From: Candidatus Aenigmatarchaeota archaeon
GTDB lineage: Archaea > Aenigmatarchaeota > Aenigmatarchaeia > CG10238-14
DNA length: 39,974 bases
Reading direction: 5' to 3'
Assembly (NCBI GenBank): GCA_044343545.1
Contig: JAWBZR010000005.1
Location: 1 to 39,974, forward strand
This document shows positions 35,798 to 39,974 of the stretch, one piece after another (position 1 is the first letter of the stretch; every line of letters begins with the position of its first letter). The translations under genes were made by a program, and so were the position numbers. The notes beneath the pieces are model-generated. The model was given only the letters and a program-made list of their open reading frames with translations. It was not told the origin of the DNA and made no database searches.

Positions 35798-36548
35798 AAA
35801 TCCTTGATAGAAATATTCTCAACATAGGCGGCTCTTTGTAATGCTCATTAGCCATGTATGCGGCTATTTTGAATATCTCTCTGCTTGCTTTGCTATACTC
35901 ATTGTAAGCAACTAGGGGTGTTTTGTTCGAAAGGCTTTCTGAAAATTCCGGAGTGAAAGGTATTTTACCTATTATAGGCAATTCCAAGGTTTCTTCTATT
36001 TCACTCACACTTAACTCGAATTTTTTCCCCATAACTTTGTTAACAACCACGCCGTTTATGCTTACATTCATTTGATTGAGAATGTTTTTAGCTTTCAACA
36101 CATCAGTCACAGATGGAAGGTCAGGGGTTGTTATTAGCAAGGCTTCATTGCACGCCCTTATCGCAGACAAAGCTTCCTTACCAAAACCAGGCGCGGTATC
36201 CAACAAAATAAAATCATTCTCAGGCAAACTTTGCAGTTTTTCTCTTATCTCGAAAATGTTTATGCCGACTAAATCTGAAACATTTAAGGATGCAGGCAAT
36301 ATGTTGACGCCTGTTCCATGAGGAAATATCACATCATTTATCTCTGCAACTCCTTTTAAAAAATCGTTAAATGTTTTTGGATAAAAGAAAATGCCAAAAT
36401 GCATACCAAGGTGCGAAGTAGTCAAGTTGCAATCGACAACGGTAACTTTCTTGGAAAATTTAGAAGCAAGAGCCACGCTAAGATTGGCTGTTAAAGTTGT
36501 TTTTCCAACACCACCCTTGCCAGAGATTATTCCAACCACTCTCGACAT
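35787..36548 (-). CDS. minD: MinD/ParA-family P-loop ATPase (archaeal MinD-like)
   Basis: SGKGGVGKTT, DCN, LDTAPG, GVVVNK, C-terminal amphipathic helix FLSRIF. Confidence 0.85.
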   Translation of the reverse strand: MSRVVGIISGKGGVGKTTLTANLSVALASKFSKKVTVVDCNLTTSHLGMHFGIFFYPKTFNDFLKGVAEINDVIFPHGTGVNILPASLNVSDLVGINIFEIREKLQSLPENDFILLDTAPGFGKEALSAIRACNEALLITTPDLPSVTDVLKAKNILNQMNVSINGVVVNKVMGKKFELSVSEIEETLELPIIGKIPFTPEFSESLSNKTPLVAYNEYSKASREIFKIAAYMANEHYKEPPMLRIFLSRIFKV

Positions 36549-36594
36549 AATCATCTTTATTTTCGAGTTTCAGAGTTTTATAGTTGTTTTCTCT

Positions 36595-37713
36595 TTAACT
36601 TTCTTGCAATTTTTCTTCTATTCTTATGAATTCGTTTATCTTACAAATTCTCTCGCCACTTATGCCTATTTTTGCCATCTCGCACTCCAATCCAACTCCC
36701 AAATGAGCTATCAAAGCATCTTCTGTTTCTCCAGACCTATGTGATATTACGGTAGTTATGTCATGCCTCTTTGCAAACTCGACAACTTTTTTCACATCCG
36801 TAATAGTACCTATTTGATTTGGTTTCACTATTATAGCATTAACAGCATCTCTCCTTATTGCCTCCTCTAATCTTTTCAAGTTAGTTGCTATGAGATCGTC
36901 TCCGCATATAAGAGTATCTTTGCTGCTTCTTTTAAGAGAGGCAAATAGTTGAAAATCATCTTCCTTGAATGGATCTTCCACATATTTCAACTCATACTTA
37001 GAAATCAACCTGGAAATAAAGGTGTATTGTTGTTTCGGTTTTCTGTTATTATAATTACCTGCAACATCTACACCCAAACGTATGTTTCTTCCATGAAAAT
37101 GTTTATGCAACAAATCCAAAATTTTTTCGGTTTTTAAAGAAGTTGTCCATGCTGACTCTAAATTTTTTCCGTGCAAAAATTTTTTATCCTCTCGCTCCAA
37201 TAATTTTTCAAATTCTAAATAAATGTTTGCAATGTTAAATATCTCTTCTTTAAAGCTTTTTTGTTTTTTTGGAAAAATCAAGAATTCTTGTATCTCGCTT
37301 CCATGCCAACCGCCAGCCACATTGCATAAAGGCAAGGGCATCAACCTGCCACCCAAATATTCGAAAACTTCCATATTACTTTCAGCTGAAAAAGCTTTTA
37401 AGAAAGCTGAAGAAATGGCTAAGGCTAAATTGCCGCCAATATTTCTAAAATCTTCTGTTCCGTCTAATTTCTTCAATTCTGCATCTACTTCCTCCTGGCT
37501 TGAAAAGTTTTTTGACAGAAAGCTGTTTTTTATTAGGCTAAATGATTTAACTATATGCTCATAAGAGTAGGATTTTACTTCATACTTACCTTTGCTTGTT
37601 CCCATAGGAACCCCGAATCTTGCTTTAACTCTACCGGTATCCACCTCCACCTCTATACTTCTCTTAGAATTAGAAGCAAGTATTTCTCTCAATTTTATTT
37701 TTCTTATTCTCAT
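36595..37713 (-). CDS. eno: Enolase, short and divergent
   Basis: IQEF, GVDVA, VEDPF, GDDL, IVKPNQIGT, SHRSGETED. Confidence 0.88.
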   Translation of the reverse strand: MRIRKIKLREILASNSKRSIEVEVDTGRVKARFGVPMGTSKGKYEVKSYSYEHIVKSFSLIKNSFLSKNFSSQEEVDAELKKLDGTEDFRNIGGNLALAISSAFLKAFSAESNMEVFEYLGGRLMPLPLCNVAGGWHGSEIQEFLIFPKKQKSFKEEIFNIANIYLEFEKLLEREDKKFLHGKNLESAWTTSLKTEKILDLLHKHFHGRNIRLGVDVAGNYNNRKPKQQYTFISRLISKYELKYVEDPFKEDDFQLFASLKRSSKDTLICGDDLIATNLKRLEEAIRRDAVNAIIVKPNQIGTITDVKKVVEFAKRHDITTVISHRSGETEDALIAHLGVGLECEMAKIGISGERICKINEFIRIEEKLQES

Positions 37714-38543
37714 CTTATCACTCTCGGTATTTCGTTTATCAAATCGCTCGCCATGACAGATTCGCCATACTTTTTACTTGCCTTTTCACCTGCAAGACCG
37801 TTTATGTATGAGGCAGCACAAGCTGCCGTGAATGGCTCTACGCCTCTTGCAAGAAGGGCACCGCATATTCCTGCCAACGTATCACCAAACCCTCCCTTTG
37901 TCATGAAAGGAGAACCTGTTTTATTAATGGCTGTTTGCGACGGTGAAGCTATCACATCAACATGACCTTTTAAGATGATTGTCGCCTCCAACCTCTTTGC
38001 AGCTTCCTCCACGTACCTTATTCTTTCATTCAAATGGATCGTTGGATGAATACCTGTCAAAACAAAAAATTCCCTTGAATGGGGTGTGATTATGTGATTT
38101 TTTGCTATTTCAGGTTTCAGTTGAAGAGCATGAATTGCATCAGCATCTATCACGCACGGTAAGCCGCAATTGCAAATAAATTCTATAATTGCCAAAAGTG
38201 TTTCTTTTTCTCTACCCAAACCGCCACCTATGACGCAAGCGGTTTTTTTGTGTGACAATTTTAACAATTCTTTTACATGCTTTCTTGTCAAAAAATCTCC
38301 CTTTAAGGGATATGTTATAATATCTGGAGAAAAGGAAGCTATGATATTGGCTGCCCTTTCTGGAGATGCCACGGTAACCAAATCCACGCCTGCCCTGTAT
38401 GCTGCTAACGCATTAAATGCGGGAGAGCCTGAATATATCTTGCTACCGCCAATAACAAGTAAATTGCCAAAATTGTATTTTCTTGACCATTCATCCCTCT
38501 TTTTGTAAATAACCTTTAACAAGTTTTTATTTACGACAAACAC
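37710..38543 (-). CDS. nnrD: ADP-dependent NAD(P)H-hydrate dehydratase
   Basis: GNLLVIGGS..YSGSP, IGGGLGR, VIDADA, ITPHSREF, LKG, GGFGDTLAG. Confidence 0.92.
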   Translation of the reverse strand: MFVVNKNLLKVIYKKRDEWSRKYNFGNLLVIGGSKIYSGSPAFNALAAYRAGVDLVTVASPERAANIIASFSPDIITYPLKGDFLTRKHVKELLKLSHKKTACVIGGGLGREKETLLAIIEFICNCGLPCVIDADAIHALQLKPEIAKNHIITPHSREFFVLTGIHPTIHLNERIRYVEEAAKRLEATIILKGHVDVIASPSQTAINKTGSPFMTKGGFGDTLAGICGALLARGVEPFTAACAASYINGLAGEKASKKYGESVMASDLINEIPRVIR

Positions 38544-38601
38544 AATAATTAATTATAAAATCTCTTATTAAATAGTTATTAAATAGTAGGTGCTTTTGCA
38601 T

Positions 38602-39636
38602 ATGGTAGTAAGAGTTTGTGTGAATGGTATCGGAACGATTGGCAAGAGAGTCGCCCATGCGGTGAAAATGCAAGATGACATGAAGCTTGTTGCCATATCA
38701 ACTACATCTGCATCCTACACACTAAGAACTCTTTTAGAGCCGAACGGACCCCTTTACGGAACTGATCTTTGGTGTTCTGTTCCTGAAAAGCTAAAAGCAA
38801 TGAGAGATGCTGGAATGTATGTAAATGGTACGCTAGAAGAACTACTCGCATCCGGAAAGGTGGATATAGTAGTCGACTGCACGCCAGAAGGCGTGGGAGC
38901 ACAAAACAAGCCGATGTATCAAAAGTATGGAGTTAAAGCAATATTTCAAGGCGGAGAAAAGGCTGATGTGGGCGAAATGACATTCAATTCCTTTGTAAAT
39001 TATGAAGAAGCTTTGGGAAAAGATTATGTAAGGGTGCCTAGCTGTAATACTACATCTTTGATTAGAACCTTAAATGTGCTGGACAAGATAGCTGGAATAG
39101 AAAGTGTTTTTGCAACCATAATAAGAAGAGCGAGCGATCCTGCAGATACTGAAAAAACTATAATAAATACTATAGAGCCGACGATGACGGTGCCATCCCA
39201 TCACGGACCTGACGTTCAAACAGTGTTAAAACACATAAACATAAAAACAATGGCCTTTAAGGTTCCAACCACACTAGCGCATGTTCATGCTGTTAGTGCC
39301 AAAATCAAAAAACAAATAAATAAAGAAGATTTAGAGGAGGCATTTGTGAAAAATACACGAATAATTTTAGTGAGTGCGGAGCAGGGTTACAAAAACACTG
39401 CTAACGTTATTGAAAGATTTAGAGATCTTTGCAGACCAAGAAATGATATGCCTGAAGTTGCTGTGTGGAGGGAAACTATTTGCATCGATGGAAGTAACGT
39501 TTATTGGAGTCACATGGTTCATCAAGAATCGATTGTAATACCGGAAAATATTGATTGTATAAGGGCTATGTGTAATCTGGAAAAAGATGCCTGGGTTTCT
39601 ATAAGAAAAACGAACAAATCATTAGGAATAAGTTAA
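38602..39636 (+). CDS. gap: Type II (archaeal) glyceraldehyde-3-phosphate dehydrogenase
   Basis: NGIGTIGKRVA, DCTPEG, FQGGEK, VPSCNTT, PSHHGPDV, VHQESIVIPENID. Confidence 0.96.
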   Translation: MVVRVCVNGIGTIGKRVAHAVKMQDDMKLVAISTTSASYTLRTLLEPNGPLYGTDLWCSVPEKLKAMRDAGMYVNGTLEELLASGKVDIVVDCTPEGVGAQNKPMYQKYGVKAIFQGGEKADVGEMTFNSFVNYEEALGKDYVRVPSCNTTSLIRTLNVLDKIAGIESVFATIIRRASDPADTEKTIINTIEPTMTVPSHHGPDVQTVLKHINIKTMAFKVPTTLAHVHAVSAKIKKQINKEDLEEAFVKNTRIILVSAEQGYKNTANVIERFRDLCRPRNDMPEVAVWRETICIDGSNVYWSHMVHQESIVIPENIDCIRAMCNLEKDAWVSIRKTNKSLGIS

Positions 39637-39690
39637 TTTTCTACAAGATAGAAAATTAAAGATTTAATATTTTTTTTAATTAACTTTTCT

Positions 39691-39974
39691 ATGAGAGAAA
39701 AGTACTATGGATTAGATGACTCTCAACAAACACTTGAAATAGATGGTAAAAAATTATATCTAACAGTTCATTGTCTTTATTCTCAAGACGGAAAATACTG
39801 TTGTATATGTATTTTTGAACCACCAAGAACATCACATGGAAATATTATTGCTGATCTTCTTAATAGAGCATGTCGACCTAATAGTGTGGTAGTTGCTTGT
39901 CCACACTATTTAATGTATAGAGAAGTACTAGAAATATTGCCCATAACAATAAAAATGGGAAATTTCAACACAGG
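39691..39974 (+). CDS. Hypothetical Cys-rich protein, 3'-truncated by the window edge
   Basis: Hand translation MREKYYGLDDSQQTLEIDGKKLYLTVHCLYSQDGKYCCICIFEPPR...; open to the window end. Confidence 0.55.
   Translation, partial: MREKYYGLDDSQQTLEIDGKKLYLTVHCLYSQDGKYCCICIFEPPRTSHGNIIADLLNRACRPNSVVVACPHYLMYREVLEILPITIKMGNFNT

Noticed and set aside
2456-38902. Numerous short ORFs in the track lying antisense or out of frame to identified genes
   Set aside because: Shadow ORFs of well-supported genes, with no motifs or ribosome-binding sites
34054-39705. Shared MREKY start of ORF 33043..34068 and ORF 39691
   Set aside because: The first is a TTG-initiated extension into probable promoter DNA; likely coincidence
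1-39974. Stop-codon reassignment, CRISPR array, IS element or integrase, rRNA
   Set aside because: All three stops end conserved genes and I saw no in-frame stops in them; no spaced repeats, transposase motifs or rRNA-like sequence seen

Overview
Core-genome window of an AT-rich archaeon. Compact genes, a fragmented ribosomal superoperon, a shortened enolase and a Gly-rich uS5 insertion suggest a DPANN-type lineage (possibly Aenigmarchaeota-like; inference only). It contains the aTrm56 / aIF-1A-RIO1-Dim2-top6B-top6A cluster, eS24/eS31, aRF1, valS, serS, the S10 and spc ribosomal clusters split into oppositely oriented blocks, secY, cysS, minD, eno, nnrD, type II GAPDH, three tRNAs (Ser-CGA, Gly-TCC, and a two-intron Cys-GCA) and several orphan ORFs. 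No CRISPR, rRNA or recognisable transposase/integrase was seen. Most interesting: (1) the 33-nt canonical intron of tRNA-Cys looks like a minimal box C'/D' guide RNA whose N+5 target is C39 of its own precursor; (2) the aRF1 has GGWSQ instead of the near-universal GGQ; (3) two tandem HIT proteins have lost complementary catalytic histidines; (4) short in-frame tandem duplications recur in the accessory genes. All assignments come from reading motifs by eye; no searches were run.
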